A DNA stretch of 64,000 nt from Ginglymostoma cirratum (GCA_024137785.1 JAHRHZ010000043.1:32968334-33032333); one strand, 5' to 3'; positions 38,963 through 51,775 are shown, counted from the first letter of the stretch. Notes: a model not told the origin generated them from the letters alone. A program made the numbers and translations.

Positions 38963-39123
38963 AAAATGTTTGCAGCAAGTCCATACTCTGACCCCATCCT
39001 TTCAGCTGATCCTGACCCACAGCCCATTATCGATGGAGAGGAGGGTCTCATCTGGGTGGTAGGCCCAGTGTTGGCGGTGGTCTTCATCATCTGCATTGTA
39101 ATAGCCATCCTACTGTACAAAAA
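38963..39123 (+). CDS. ptprs: PTPRS transmembrane exon, 161 nt
   Basis: acag|AAAATG...AAAAA|gtaagc. Encodes [53 protein letters not shown]. Confidence 0.95.
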
Positions 39124-39271
39124 GTAAGCAACTCACTATTGATGGGATTATGGTGAGCTTGGCAGGTTGGAGTGTTGGTTAGCAAGAATTGCATGCAGAA
39201 TAATGCAAGCCCCTTGGTTATCGCCATTGTTCCTAATTGCTGCATAGTGATTCTTCTGGGCTACAGCCTGC

Positions 39272-39400
39272 CACATACACATGTATATACACACATACAC
39301 AATTATGCACGCACGTGCACACACAAACATGCACGCAGACGCACACACACATATATACACACACAAACACATATACGTAGACATGGGCACACACACTTGT
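39272..39400. repeat. Degenerate CA-rich microsatellite
   Basis: Seen directly in the sequence. Confidence 0.8.
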
Positions 39401-39716
39401 GCACATTTGCTATTTGGGATTTAAATGGGGGACTTGTTGGTATAGTGCCACTATCCACGAAGCTATTAGGCTGGCACCATCAACAGTTTGTATTTGCATA
39501 TCACCTTTAATGTGGTCAAATGTCCAAACCCCTTCGCAGGAGTTAACTACAGCAATATAAGGTTGACTGAGTCAGAAAAGGCGACACTGCTAAAGTAACA
39601 AAATGTTGAGTCAAAGAAGTAGGTTTCACAAGAGGGTCTTGGAGAAAAAGGTTGAACACAGAGCTGCCAGTGGTGGTGGGGATGCACATGAGGCCTGATT
39701 TGGTGGATCACACACC

Positions 39717-40064
39717 TCATAGAATCCCTACAGTGTGGAACAGGCCATTCAGTCCATTAAATGCACGCTGATCCTCTGAAGAACATCCCACCCATCCCCT
39801 ACCCTTTCCCTGTAACCCTTCATTTCCCATGGCTAATCCACCTAGCCTGCACATCCTGGACACTACAGGCAATTTAGCATGGCCAATCCACCTAGCCTGC
39901 ACATCTTTGGACTGTGGCAGGAAACTGGAGCACCCGGGGGGAAACCCATGCAGACACAGGGAGAACGTGCCAACTGCACACAGACAGTCACCTGAGGGTG
40001 GAATCGAACCTGGGCCCTTGGCACTGTGAGGCAGCAATGCTAACCACTGAGCCACCATATTGCG
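39717..40064 (-). mobile_element. HE1-type SINE
   Basis: Reverse-complement copy of 29697-30054. Confidence 0.85.
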
Positions 40065-40794
40065 CCCCCCCCCAAGCCTCAGAAGGCTGGAAAACATAAC
40101 AAGAACGTACTGTTTTAATCGTAATTACTGTTTTAATACTGTGAGAGGCCTGAAGCAGCAGCTATGTAAACACTAAAGACACTACTGAGGCAAGAATGGA
40201 ACCCTTACTAAAGGAGTGTGTAGTTTTGGATGATGGTATTGATTAGACACTGCCATGTGATTGGATCCTGTTAGCAGTTCGACACATCTTAATGAAATTC
40301 ATCCAGGGCACTTACTGGTTAGAACACATAACTTAATTCTGTCTGGGAGTCTTGTTCTGCATTTTGGGACGTTTTAATTTCAGACTGCAGTTAAAGATTA
40401 CGCAGCAGTCTTAATAACTGCAGTGTGATTGCCGCAGTTTGTTGTGTAATGGTGACCTAAAATTGAAAATTGGAGATTATCAATAATGAACCTACATTAC
40501 ATTTTACTGAACCTAGTTCTGTGTATGAAGTCAGCTGTGTTACTGCCCTCAAAACACTTCTATTCAATAGGCCTGCAATCATTATTAAATACATTTAAGG
40601 TAACCTTCTAAAGTAGATTAGACCATTTCTTCAGTCGACTCTGCATTAGGTAACAACGCCTTTTTATTTTGACAGAACTGCCCATATTCTGAGCTAGGTG
40701 TGGGAAAATTTTCAAAATGAATAATGACAATATTTTCGAAGTATCTGGCTGCCTTCTGTTCCCCCAGCAATTCTATTACTTTTAAAGTTTTGGC

Positions 40795-40910
40795 AAAGAT
40801 CTGTAGCTCAGGTTGTGGGTGAGGTTACTGACTTGATGACTGAGCTGACGGGTTTTCATTCAACGTTATGAGCAAAAACAAGCCAGCTCAGCGAGCAAGT
40901 CAACAACCTC
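40795..40910. mobile_element. Degenerate short foldback element
   Basis: Inverted arms gaggttactgacttgatgactgagctg / cagctcagcgagcaagtcaacaacctc. Confidence 0.45.
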
Positions 40911-41108
40911 TATTCCTTTTTCTATTCCTATCACCCCAAAACCTTTCATTCCTTAATTGTTCCTCTTTCCTGTCCTGTCTCCTGGTATTGCTTCCTGCTT
41001 CTCAGTGACCTCCCTGTTTCTGCTGCCTCACCTGGTGAAACCTGGCAATAAACAACCACCTCACACCAGTCAGGTTTGGTTAACTAAGGGAACAGGACAA
41101 CTTGGCAG

Positions 41109-41283
41109 AGATAACAAGGTGTAGAGCTGGATGAAAACAGCAGGCCAAGCAGCATCATAGGAACAGGAGAGCTTGACGTTTCGGGCCTAGACCCTTGCTC
41201 CTATGAGCTTGGCCTGCTGTGTTCATCCAGCTCTACACCTTGTTATCTCAGATTCTCCAGCATCTGCAGTTCCTACTATCTCT
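41109..41283 (-). mobile_element. Penelope-derived foldback element with perfect 15-bp TSD
   Basis: AGGACAACTTGGCAG at 41094-41108 and 41284-41298. Inverted arms of about 42 bp. Nearly identical to the Penelope 3' end at 30925-31000. Confidence 0.85.
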
Positions 41284-41801
41284 AGGACAACTTGGCAGTG
41301 CTTTTTCCACATTAAAATGTTTTTGTTTCATGAAGTGCCAGTTTTTTTTTTATTTGTCTGGTCATGCTTTCTGGGCGCAGAAATAATCCTGAAGTTATCC
41401 ATATGCGTTCTCCTGACAGAATGAGAGAGAATTTAATAATCAGGCAATTAATCCTCCGTCCACAGCCATTGATCATCTGATATTAATTTGGCTTTTCTGG
41501 CTCTTGGAGTTGCTACATACCATCTCGAACTCTCTCATCGTGCTCCTCAGTATCATGTCTCATTTGTTGCCTTGAACTTATAGCAATACGTTTGCAGACT
41601 GTTATTTTCCGTGGGATCCACTGAGAGTATCCCACAATCATATGGACTTAACCTGCTAGTCCTCCTGAATGATAATTAGGTTAATAAAGTGACACGATGT
41701 TGATAGCAGCTCCACAGTCTGTCTGAGTATGTATTGTTGAAGTTTATATTGGTGTATTGACAAGGTTTTTTTCTTTCCCTTATTGCATTCATCATGGATA
41801 G

Positions 41802-41813
41802 CAAACCAGACAG
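41802..41813 (+). CDS. ptprs: PTPRS 12-nt juxtamembrane microexon, (N)KPD(R)
   Basis: tag|CAAACCAGACAG|gtaagc, phase 2-2. Gives YKNKPDRKRK versus human YKNKPDSKRK as recalled. Confidence 0.88.
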
Positions 41814-42707
41814 GTAAGCAACCATTTTTAATCTGAATTTCTGGACAATTTTCAATTCACCTGCACTATTACAGAAGTTATTAATAATTTTATTTTAATG
41901 ACTGATCCAATCAGTTTTAATTGTTAATAACATGATTGCTTTTTACTTTTAACCAAAAGCCGTTGTAAGCTATTCACTGGGTCTTAGTTAAAACTCTGGA
42001 TAATCACTGCCTGATCCCTCAGTACAAGTGGGCACTTTTGAAAATCTGGCAGAGAATCTGGTTCTTGTACTTGAGTTGGTGGAAGTTAGTATGAGGATGC
42101 TGAATGAAGCACTGCATGTAATCTGCTGGACGGGGGCGAGGAATTGGTTTTGCGACATCATGGTCTCAGGATTCAGGTCTCACCTCTGCCCGGGCCGTCT
42201 TTTTGATCCATGTAAAACGAACTTGAGCTCCATCCTGAATCCAGCTCCAATACAGCTGTCAGACAGCCAGAAAATGTTGCTTAGGAATCAGAATACTGAA
42301 CCACTGATTATGGGAGGTAACAATAGTTTTACTCGGGAGCTGCCATGATACATCTTTCAAGGAAGTCACAGCGCTGAACCTTGGAGTCAGAAATGGAAAT
42401 ATTTTGTGTTTAAAACACTAAAATCCTTCCCCATGTTTTGAATATAAATTCACACATAAATATGATCCTCATTTTTAGTGGCTGACCTCAGCAATTTATA
42501 TTTATTTATGCTATATTTATCTATTACGTATTTATATTGATTATTTAGTTATAAAATTAGTATTCACTATGTAAATTTTTGTTTATAACCTGCAAAGGTA
42601 AAGTCACCATAGTCCCAGAGAACCATAGGGCTGCTTTCTATTAGAGAGAGACAACTTTGTAGCCCTTGCCAAATCCTAACTTTTATATGTTTGATTCCAA
42701 ATGACAG

Positions 42708-42820
42708 AAAACGTAAAGAAAGTGATCCCAGAACAAAGTGCCTTCTCAACAATGCAGAGGTGCCATCCCACCATCCCACAGACCCAGTAGAAATGAGGCG
42801 CATCAACTTCCAGACTCCAG
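42708..42820 (+). CDS. ptprs: PTPRS juxtamembrane exon, 113 nt
   Basis: acag|AAAACG...CTCCAG|gtaaag. Encodes [46 protein letters not shown] points to PTPRS rather than PTPRD or PTPRF. Confidence 0.95.
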
Positions 42821-45340
42821 GTAAAGATGAGCCCTTCTAATTGGTCGCACTGTGTGATGGTGCTGTAGGAGTATTGAACAATGCGATTTTGTTTGTTTTC
42901 TAGTGAACACCACGTTCACAGTTTTGGTGTTTCTCAGGCTCCTTGAACTGTTGTGGAGACTCTGAATAAAGCAAGGTTATTGGAGGCCTCAAAACCCAGG
43001 GACTGGTGTATGTTTCCTTTTCTGGGTGTCAGTGGCAGAGGGAGGAGAAGTCCTTCCAGCAGAATAGAGGAATGCTTCACAGTTATCAGACAGTCATTGG
43101 GTAATGTCGGAATACTTTTGAACCAGTGAACCTAAATTCAGGGAAGAATTGAGGAGGGAAAATTAACCTTCAGGGGCGCAGTGTAAGTACAGAAGGATTT
43201 TGTAAGTACATTTCCTACAAAAAAAAGGTCAGAGTACAAGAATTTCCTTTGGCCCTCTGACACTCTCCCCTCCCAGCCCACAGACACACATACACCTCAT
43301 TTCTCCCATTGCTTTTCCCTCAGTTTAATCTCCAAGGCAGACCATGACTTCCAAACCTAGGTTCTGAATCAGTGCTGAGTCTACGTCCTCCATCATTATT
43401 GTATGATATGGGGAGATGGAGCTTTTATTCTGTCCTTGTCACAGAATTAAATTTGGACCTAGTCAGAACTCTGCATCCAAGTAATTCATGGTTAATTGGT
43501 AAAAGTGGGAGGAGCCGTTATGGAATAGATTTTTTTTCCGTCTAAGTTCCTCATTGGATCGTGGGGACTGCAGGCACTCAACAAATCTGAGTGACTATAT
43601 TCCTACAGCCTTTATGGAAGGATATGAGTGCTGAACCAGAACATTGATGAGAAATCTCAGAGGCCATATTCAGGATGCCTTAACTTCCTGCAGCTTAATT
43701 ATTTATCACCATTTGGTCTTTTCAATAGTGCACTTGACAGCCCCACTTTTTCTCAACTTCAAAGGCTGGATTGTTGAGGAGTGAGAGTCAAAGGTTGCCA
43801 TGGTCAATCAACCGTATACACATTTGCGCTGTTGGTGCATTGTGTTATAGATGTAAAACAAACATTCTGAAGCAACAGAGACTCCCCTTTTGGATTCCAC
43901 CAGCTGTGATACAGATCTGATATTGACATAGCTTCACCATTTACTGTCAACAATCTGAGTGTGGCCTGTCACATTTTGGACTTTGGATGTTTTTTAAATT
44001 ATCTCTTTAGAGCTAGTCAAGTTCTAAAACTGTATGGTCGCAGGAAAGAACCTGGATAGTATAATACCGTGGAACTGTTGGATTGGCAGAGATGGCTGTA
44101 CAGGTGTTGATACTTTCCTGACCTCCTCCTCGAGGCTACCTCAACTCTGTGCTTTCCTCTTAGTTTCTGTGTGGATCTGCACACAGCACTGCAACATTCT
44201 TTCAGTGTTTCTAGCCTGGTCACAGGATTTTAGAGCGTGGAAGAGAGTATTCGAGGATGGCCAACTGCAGGCCAGCGCACAATACAGAACATTGGAGTGG
44301 TTATAGCGCCCCACATTTAGCATAGCAAGATATTTGTATGGATGGAGAGAAGCTGACCTGCACCATCTCTAATGACAACATTCCCAAAAGCTGGAGTGGC
44401 AAAGATCCAAGAGCATGATGTCTGCCTGATCTCTCAATCCAGGAAAGCTGAGTGGTTTGGGAGCAGATAAAATGAGTAGCAGAGTCTTCAAACAGGTGAA
44501 GGAGATTGGATGTTTGGTATCCCATAAGAGTCAGATGCAGTAATTTCAAATCACAACTCTTAATCATTACCTTCTGCCAAAGATTGAAAGGTGTGGATTA
44601 TGTTGCATGACTTCTCAAGATGGATTATCAACCAATGCCTGAAAATATGATTCATGACAAAATGTTAATTCTTCAGTGATTAGTGTAACAGCCAGCCCCA
44701 GAAATTAGAGGCTTGTTCCATTGAAATTACTTTTGGGAAATGTTTGACAACCACAGCCAAGTCATTATTTGGGTCTCATTGTACAAGGGACTGCGATGAT
44801 GTCATGGAATGGTGACAAAAGAGTTTGAACTCATGGTTCTCTACAGCTAAGCTACCATGTCCACTGTGGAGGAGCTACGTTAACAGGGAGAGTGGGCCAA
44901 AGTGGAAAGAGCCCAGTGTAATTCAAGGACCCCCCCCCTTTCCACCAGCTACAAAAATTGCCTCACCAGAGGAATAGGAATGTGGTTGCCTATGCACCTT
45001 GTGGATGTAGCCAAAGAGAAAATAAGGTACAATGCATGATTGATCTTTCCAGAAAGGTGCAGTTGTTGTGAAAGATCCCATTGCAAAGAATAATATTTTT
45101 TACTACATATTGCAAAGTTATTGTTGGCAAGTCCATTTTGAGACACATTGTGCTTTTCAAAGAAGTGATTGTGTTGGATGCCAGGATGCATTGCCTATAT
45201 TGTGTACACCTGTGGTTATCGACCTGGAAACCAATTGATTAATCACTGACATTACCTTGGTATGTGCAATGAACCAATTATTTGACCTTTTTGAGGAGTT
45301 TATTAATGTTTAACATTAAATTGAGTGTTTCATTGTTCAG

Positions 45341-45409
45341 GTTTGGCAACACAAGATAGCTGTTGTGTTAGTGCATGGTGGGTGAATGACGTAGCAGGCA
45401 GCCAAAAAG
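45341..45409 (+). CDS. Candidate unannotated alternative exon, 69 nt, GLATQDSCCVSAWWVNDVAGSQK
   Basis: ttcattgttcag|GT...AAG|gtaaat. Open and phase 1-1 like the host intron. TTTAAC branch-like motif upstream and TGCATG downstream. No homology recognised. Confidence 0.35.
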
Positions 45410-46918
45410 GTAAATACAGGCTTGAATTGTTCCATATCAGTCAATGAGTTATCTGGCCTTGCATGCACATTGAAATTCAAGGAATTTAGTAATTGATCCC
45501 TGTTTTCAGGTGTCATGACAGAACATCAGCTGGATTTAACCAGATGTAAATAATGGTTTCTCCGGTTCCAACATAACCAAGAACAGAATTGGTAATATTG
45601 ACCATCGATTCAGGACTCCAGAGTCTGTGACCCCTTCCACATTATGTGGTTTCTTCTGGAACACATTGCAAAGGATTCAGCTTGGGGGAGAAGTCTGTCT
45701 GGGGTTGGGGAAGTGATATGAAGTGATATGTGATATAAGTGATACAGCTTGCTGCTGTATCTCGCCTGTCTCTTGTGTGTCAGTATATCTAGTTTATATG
45801 TACAGCACTCTCCAGGTGGTTGGTTCTGATTTGATCCCTAGTCCTGGTTAGTGAACCAGATAATGTAAACTATATATAGCCAGTAACCAGCTGCAAAAGT
45901 TGACCCAGTCCCAGGTTCAGTGCCTGTTCTGTGCTGAATTGGACATTTTCAGATAGACTAACAGAAGTGCTTTAGTTGTCTACAGTGTCCCTCATTAGAG
46001 AATGGGAAGTAAGCAAGTGATCCTGTTCCTCTTCAATATATTCACATCTGATGAGGAAAATGGGTAGACAAGACCGGAAGATGGGGCTAGGATTATGATG
46101 TCCTCTGAGGTAACTTCCAGTTAATATTCAATTAAGGGTCACATGTCAAAATATTCGAAGACTTTTGACATTGCTGGATCTGTGACCTGTGAAGAGCCAA
46201 CACCTTCAAAACAGGAGGGGAGAAAGCAGATGGGATAGGGAAAGCATTGCCATCTCTCTAGGATTGATCTGGAGACTCCTTGGGAGTTAAATATTAAGCT
46301 CCAAGACACTGCCAATAGGACTCCTAGAGAAAATTCAGAGGTGCAACCATTGTGTGTATTTTCACATTAGTTTGAAAAAAAATTAAAGAAGGATGTAAAA
46401 CATAAGTCGCTAGGGTGCTCAGGTTGGAAGAGTATGCATTGAAACCTCCAGGAGCATACCTACCCAGGATTGGCAGCCCTGTGCGGGGATCAGGTGAGAA
46501 GTAGAGTCTGACTGCAGACTCCTCCTGCCAATAGCCCAACCTTCCTCTCCATATCTTGCCAGAACCCTACCACACCCTGGATCAGCTGATTTCATTCATT
46601 CTCTGGGTTCCTGTCCTCGTAACTGGGGCTCCCAGTGTTTCAGGCAGTCCCACATGGACAAAGTTACAGCGGTTGTGTATTCTATTTAAAAAAAACGCAC
46701 AAAGCGAGCCACTGGAGAAAGAAAGGAGCAAGAGGTAAGAAAGCCTTAACAAATGGTTGAGTTCTTTCAGAGGGCCAGATTGGAGTCTGACTGTTTACTC
46801 ATGCATTTGTTTGTTCGTTTGAGTTCCTGTTTTATTTTCTGTTCTCTCCCCCCTTGAGTTGCATTCTCCCAACCTATAGGTTTAAGTGTGTTCACGTGCT
46901 GATGTTTCTTTTTCACAG

Positions 46919-46960
46919 AATCTGTTGTCAGCAGCCCCCTCAGTGAACCCGAATTTGCAA
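46919..46960 (+). CDS. ptprs: PTPRS alternative juxtamembrane cassette, 42 nt, ESVVSSPLSEPEFA(S)
   Basis: tttcacag|AATCTG...TGCAA|gttagt, phase 1-1. Resembles human PTPRS DSGLRSPLREPGFHFES as recalled. Confidence 0.8.
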
Positions 46961-49269
46961 GTTAGTTCCCACTTGCACTTTACACCTATTGTTTTCTTGA
47001 CTTATTTAATTTTGTCATGTTTTGTTTTGTATATATAATATATAGATATGGCTATATCTATATATTACATAAGCATATATAAAATCTATGTTTCTTATCC
47101 ACCTCTGTGTATTTCTTAATCTGTATTTCTCATTTGAGGCTCCTGGCTGTTCATTGGCTAAACTCTCAGCTCCTCACACGTTTGCATGCCTTTTAACTGT
47201 TTGTTTCGACTGTTAACCCTTTCCAGCCCAGGGTTGTCTGCAGATTTGTGGCTTCATCAGTTTCACCTGGTGGTCATATGCCCTTAGGGAGTTGGGGGTG
47301 ATGGAGGGGGATGTTTCCTGCACCGATATCAATACGTTGAATTAGGTGGCTAAGGACGCTCAGATTTGCAAAGGTTTTGTTGTAAACCTACAGTGTGGTA
47401 CAAACATCAGTTTCTACCTTTCTCTGACCAGAAACTGACCTTCACTGAGAAAGAACTGAACACTTTTTTTTTAAATTTCAGAAACCTACCATCAAATTAA
47501 ACAATCACCCAATTAACTAACAAGTGAACTACAAATAAGAAGTCAACTCTGTTTTTTCATATTTTCTAATCATGCTGTTCAGGGATATTATTAGATGCCT
47601 CCGGAGTAGGTGGGACTTGAACACAGGCCTCTTGGCTCAGAGGTAGGGACACTGCACTACAGGTACCCTTCAGAACCTGATTGCTAGGTATATTCCAATA
47701 AACTTACTTAAGGTGCAGTCACGCACCAATGGAGCTAAGACAACTTGACCCGAGGCCTCCTGTCTCAAAGGAGGGGCCACCACACCTGCACCACAAGAGC
47801 TGTCAAGAACATGATTGCTAGATACAAAAATCTAATGAGTGTCTCCTGCTGTCAATCAACTCTGGAGCTGATCTGTTTGATTCTTAAAGGGACCTGCATT
47901 TCTAATTCAGTAGTGAGGGGGTTTATTCCTAAACTAGGCACTGAGGTTCCAGGTTCTAGCCTTTGGCCCTCTGAGAATCGATTTATTGTTCCCATAACAT
48001 GGTTTCCATCATGTATGACTTTATTTGGCTGGTGGCAGCAAATGCACAATAGTCAATTGGTTTTGTATTTGGGATGACGGATTTTGGCGCAATTCTGATG
48101 AATTTGGATTCAGGGAACAAGCTAATTTTGGGCCTGTGAAGGGTTAGACTGTTACAGTCCGAGGGATACTTTGTAATTTCATATGTAGCCTCAGTCAGAG
48201 AATTTCCACACATTCTACCTCTAATCCATCCCATACCTATTCACCAGTTGTTCATATTCTCCCTCATGTTGGAATGCTACATTAGATTCCGTTTGCCCGT
48301 TGTTCTGCATGAACAAATATATCTGTTTAAGGTGCTTGCACAACAGTTCTGAAGGTCAACCAATACTGAAGAAGGATTACCACTGTTTTCCACCACGCTG
48401 AAATCAATTTTAAACACACTCTTTTTGCTAAATAAATCACCTTTCCCCTGTATTCCAAGTCATCAACATATTCAGTACTGAAATCAGTCATTCTGGTTCT
48501 TCCTTCACCAGCAGACCAGGTTAAACAGGAGTCCTTTTCTCCAGGCAAAGATTTGTGCCATGCAACAGAATCTAGGCTGGACTATCCTTTTTGTCACATT
48601 TATTTTTAAAGCCAGAATTCATCCAGAAGGAAATCCCGGTTAAAAGTATGAAGTGGACCTTGAGAGTCATTTTGCAAATTTCATGTTTTTCTTTCTGGAT
48701 GTGAAATCAACCAAACAGCACAAATGGTTTGGCAATTCCAAACTCAAGTTATGGCCGACATACATTGAGGTTCTAGCTATGATCCTTTGCAAGACATTGC
48801 ACAGAAGTAAAAATCATTGCACCAGATGCAGGCACTGCCTGCAGAACTGAACACTCCCCCACATCAAACTGTCTGTGCCCACATACTGATTTTCAAGGAG
48901 GCTCTTAAAGTTACATTTGTTTTTAAGTGCAAGAGTAGTAATTGACATGTTTTAAAATATGTTCCATTTAAAAAAAAACTTACATAGACACTGCGTGTTA
49001 CGTATCATGAGTAACTGATTTTTTTAAAATGGTGTTTTCAGTTATAGTATTTAAAAATCAAGGGGCAGACAAGACACTCTGAACCAAAACCTATTTTCAG
49101 CTGGATCAATCAACTTCCCCTAGGTTGTCATCCTTAAGTATATCAAAGAATACTTTTGAAAGCAAAATGTTTTTTTTTTCTCTAAATTATGTTTTGTAAA
49201 CCTGTGTGCTGGTTCACAGCAGATTCTGTATTTTATGATTAGGTCGAGCCTGTGCTCATTGAAATTTTG

Positions 49270-49995
49270 AAGACTTAAAGGTGATTTCTCTTGAAACCCA
49301 TTAAGATAAATTGACAGGATGGATGCTGAGAAGATGATTCACCTCTTAAGGGAATCTGGAACTGAAGTGGAGAGCTTCAGGATAAAGACTCTACCATTTA
49401 ATATGGAGATGAATCATAGAATCCCTACAGTGTGGAAGCAGGCCATTTAGCCCATGAAGTCCACACCAACTCTCTCAAGAGCATTCCCCCCAGACCTACC
49501 CACTATCCTATCCCTGTATTTCCCATGGTGAATCCACATAGTCTGCACATCCCTGGACACTATGGGCAATTCAGTCTGGCCAATCCACCTAACCCATACA
49601 CCATTGAACTGTGGGAGGAACCCAGAGCACCCAGATATATGTGTGGAGAATGTGCAAATTCCATATAGACAGTCACCTGAGAGTGGAATTGAACCCAGGA
49701 CCTTGGTGCTGTGAGGCAGCAGTGCTAACCACTGAACTGCTACGCCACCCCAGGAGGAATTTCTTCTCTCTGAGGAATATTAATGTTTGGAATTCTCTAT
49801 GATAGAGAGCAGTGGAGGCTGGTTGTTCAATACATTCAAGGTTAGACAGACTTTTGATGAATGAAGGACTTTGTGGTTTGGGGGCCAGGCAGAAAGGTGG
49901 AATTGGAGGTATGATCAAATCAGCCACGATCAGACTAAATGTTGAAGCAGGGTCACAGAGCTGAATGGTCTGCTGCTCCTGTTCTTTACGTTCTT
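49270..49995 (+). mobile_element. CR1 LINE 3' fragment with nested HE1 SINE
   Basis: ...atggagatg | SINE | aggaggaatttcttctctctgagg... continues as RRNFFSLRNINVWNSL. Confidence 0.7.
49412..49751 (-). mobile_element. HE1-type SINE nested in CR1
   Basis: Reverse-complement copy of 29697-30054. Confidence 0.85.
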
Positions 49996-50371
49996 TGATG
50001 ATACTCCAATGAGTGTGAATAAAAACCTGAGTGAGAAAATGAAATTCTGAAACCAGCACGAGTTCGAGTACAATTTCTGCCTGGTTCACTAATTTCATTT
50101 CTCTTTTCCTCTCATTTTCATTTCCCTGTCTAACACTCATTGACTAATACACACAGGACTGTTAGTGGAATCTGCTAGTCATACTAATTTTATTTTTAAA
50201 ACCCATTTCCCCTTCATTAAATTCTTTAAACAGTAATATTAACACCCATTAATAATCTTGCTGCATAATAATTGAAAATATTCTGTAAAATAAACAAAAA
50301 TTATTTCAGGCTCAACTCTGTTCGAGACAGGTGAGACAGATAAACCAGGAAACTACAGGTCTGTGAACCTT

Positions 50372-50487
50372 TGGGCTCTTGTGGTGCAGTGGTAGTCTTC
50401 CTACCTCTGAACTTGGAGTCCTGGGTTCAAGTCCTATCTGCTCTAGTGGTGTGTAACAACATCTCTGAACAGGTTGACTAAAAAATA
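50372..50487 (+). mobile_element. Short tRNA-derived SINE, with copies at 33322-33430 (+) and ~47555-47660 (-)
   Basis: GGGCTCTTGTGGTGCAGTGGTAG...GGGTTCAAGTCC with a shared ~45-nt tail in all copies. Confidence 0.65.
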
Positions 50488-50559
50488 GAAATTGGGTCAA
50501 ACAAGTTAACATTGAGTGTGGGGAAGATATTGAAAAAAAATTACCAGGGACAAAATTGA

Positions 50560-51775
50560 TGATCATGCGGAGTCATTCAAGGAGACCAGTGAAGATTTAT
50601 TAAAAATAATCCAAGTCTAACTAATTTGATAGTTTTTTTTGATGAGAGAACAGAGAGGTCTGATCAGAAGGCAGTGAATATTGACCATATGGACTTTTGT
50701 TAGATTCTCAACTGAGTGCCACACAACAGGCTTGTTAGAAGATAGAATTAAAGGAAAAGTAGTGATGTGGATGCAGAATTAATTCAGCAACATGAAGCAA
50801 AGATGGAATGATTTCTTTCGACTTGTGTTTGCACTGGTGTTCCCCAGGGGCCAATTTTGGGTCCATTGCTCATCCAAAATGTTATAAGCACCTGAGACTA
50901 ATATGTAGGGTGCAACATTGTAAAGTTCACAGATGAGTTCAAACTTGGCAAAGTAATAAATAATGGTAAAGGCAGTTATAGTCCAGGATGGCACAAACAG
51001 GATGTGAAAGGGGCAGAAAAATGGCAAATGGATTTCTATGCTAAACCACATAGTGCATTTTGAAGAAACCAATATTGAATTGTATTTTGAAGACACTATA
51101 CCATAAAAGGCACAATTTTGAAACATGTAGATGATCATAGGCCTCTTCGGATACCAATATAGAGATCCTTAAAAGTGACAGGGTCAGTTGAAAAGATGTA
51201 TGTGTTAGTTGGGGTTATAAGTAGAAAGGTAAAAAAGAGATCATGCTGGAACATTAAAAATCACTGCTTATGGCTTCGTTGTAGCACTGCAGACAATTCT
51301 GAACACTGTGCCTCAGGAAACATGCTAGAAAGGCAACAGACGATGTTGACCTGAATGCTTCCAGGGAAGAGCAGCTTTAGTTATGAGAAGGTGATGAAAA
51401 AGTTGAGACAGTTATCCTTAGAGCAGAGAAGATTCAGGGATGACCTCTTAAAGATTTTTAAAATGATGAAAGGTATGGTCGAGTAAGTAGGGAAAAAGCG
51501 ATTCCCTCAGGCAAATAGGTCGATAACTAAAGGTCATGAATTCAAAAACGGTGGGGAAATGAGAATTTTCTTTCACTGAAAATTGTCAGGAACAGAAATA
51601 CTCCACATGAAAAGGTAGCAAAAACTGATTCCATAAATAGTTTTAAAAGAAAGTTACACAGTTACTTGGGGATGAACGTTCAGACAAAAGACAAGGATTT
51701 GCGACTAAGCACAGCAGGGGTGTGATGGGCCAAATGGTCTCTTTTTTGTGAGGAAATCTTTTATCATTCTATGAC
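50560..51775 (+). mobile_element. Old CR1 LINE ORF2 3' fragment
   Basis: Remnants of CLTNL, YMDF, GVPQGPILGPLL and KFTDE, with a CR1-like 3' tail. Boundaries approximate. Confidence 0.75.

Noticed and set aside
45900-46230. Possible ancient SINE-like family (also ~4300-4500, 13270-13650, 53850-54170)
   Set aside because: Similarity among copies is too faint to define or name without alignment.
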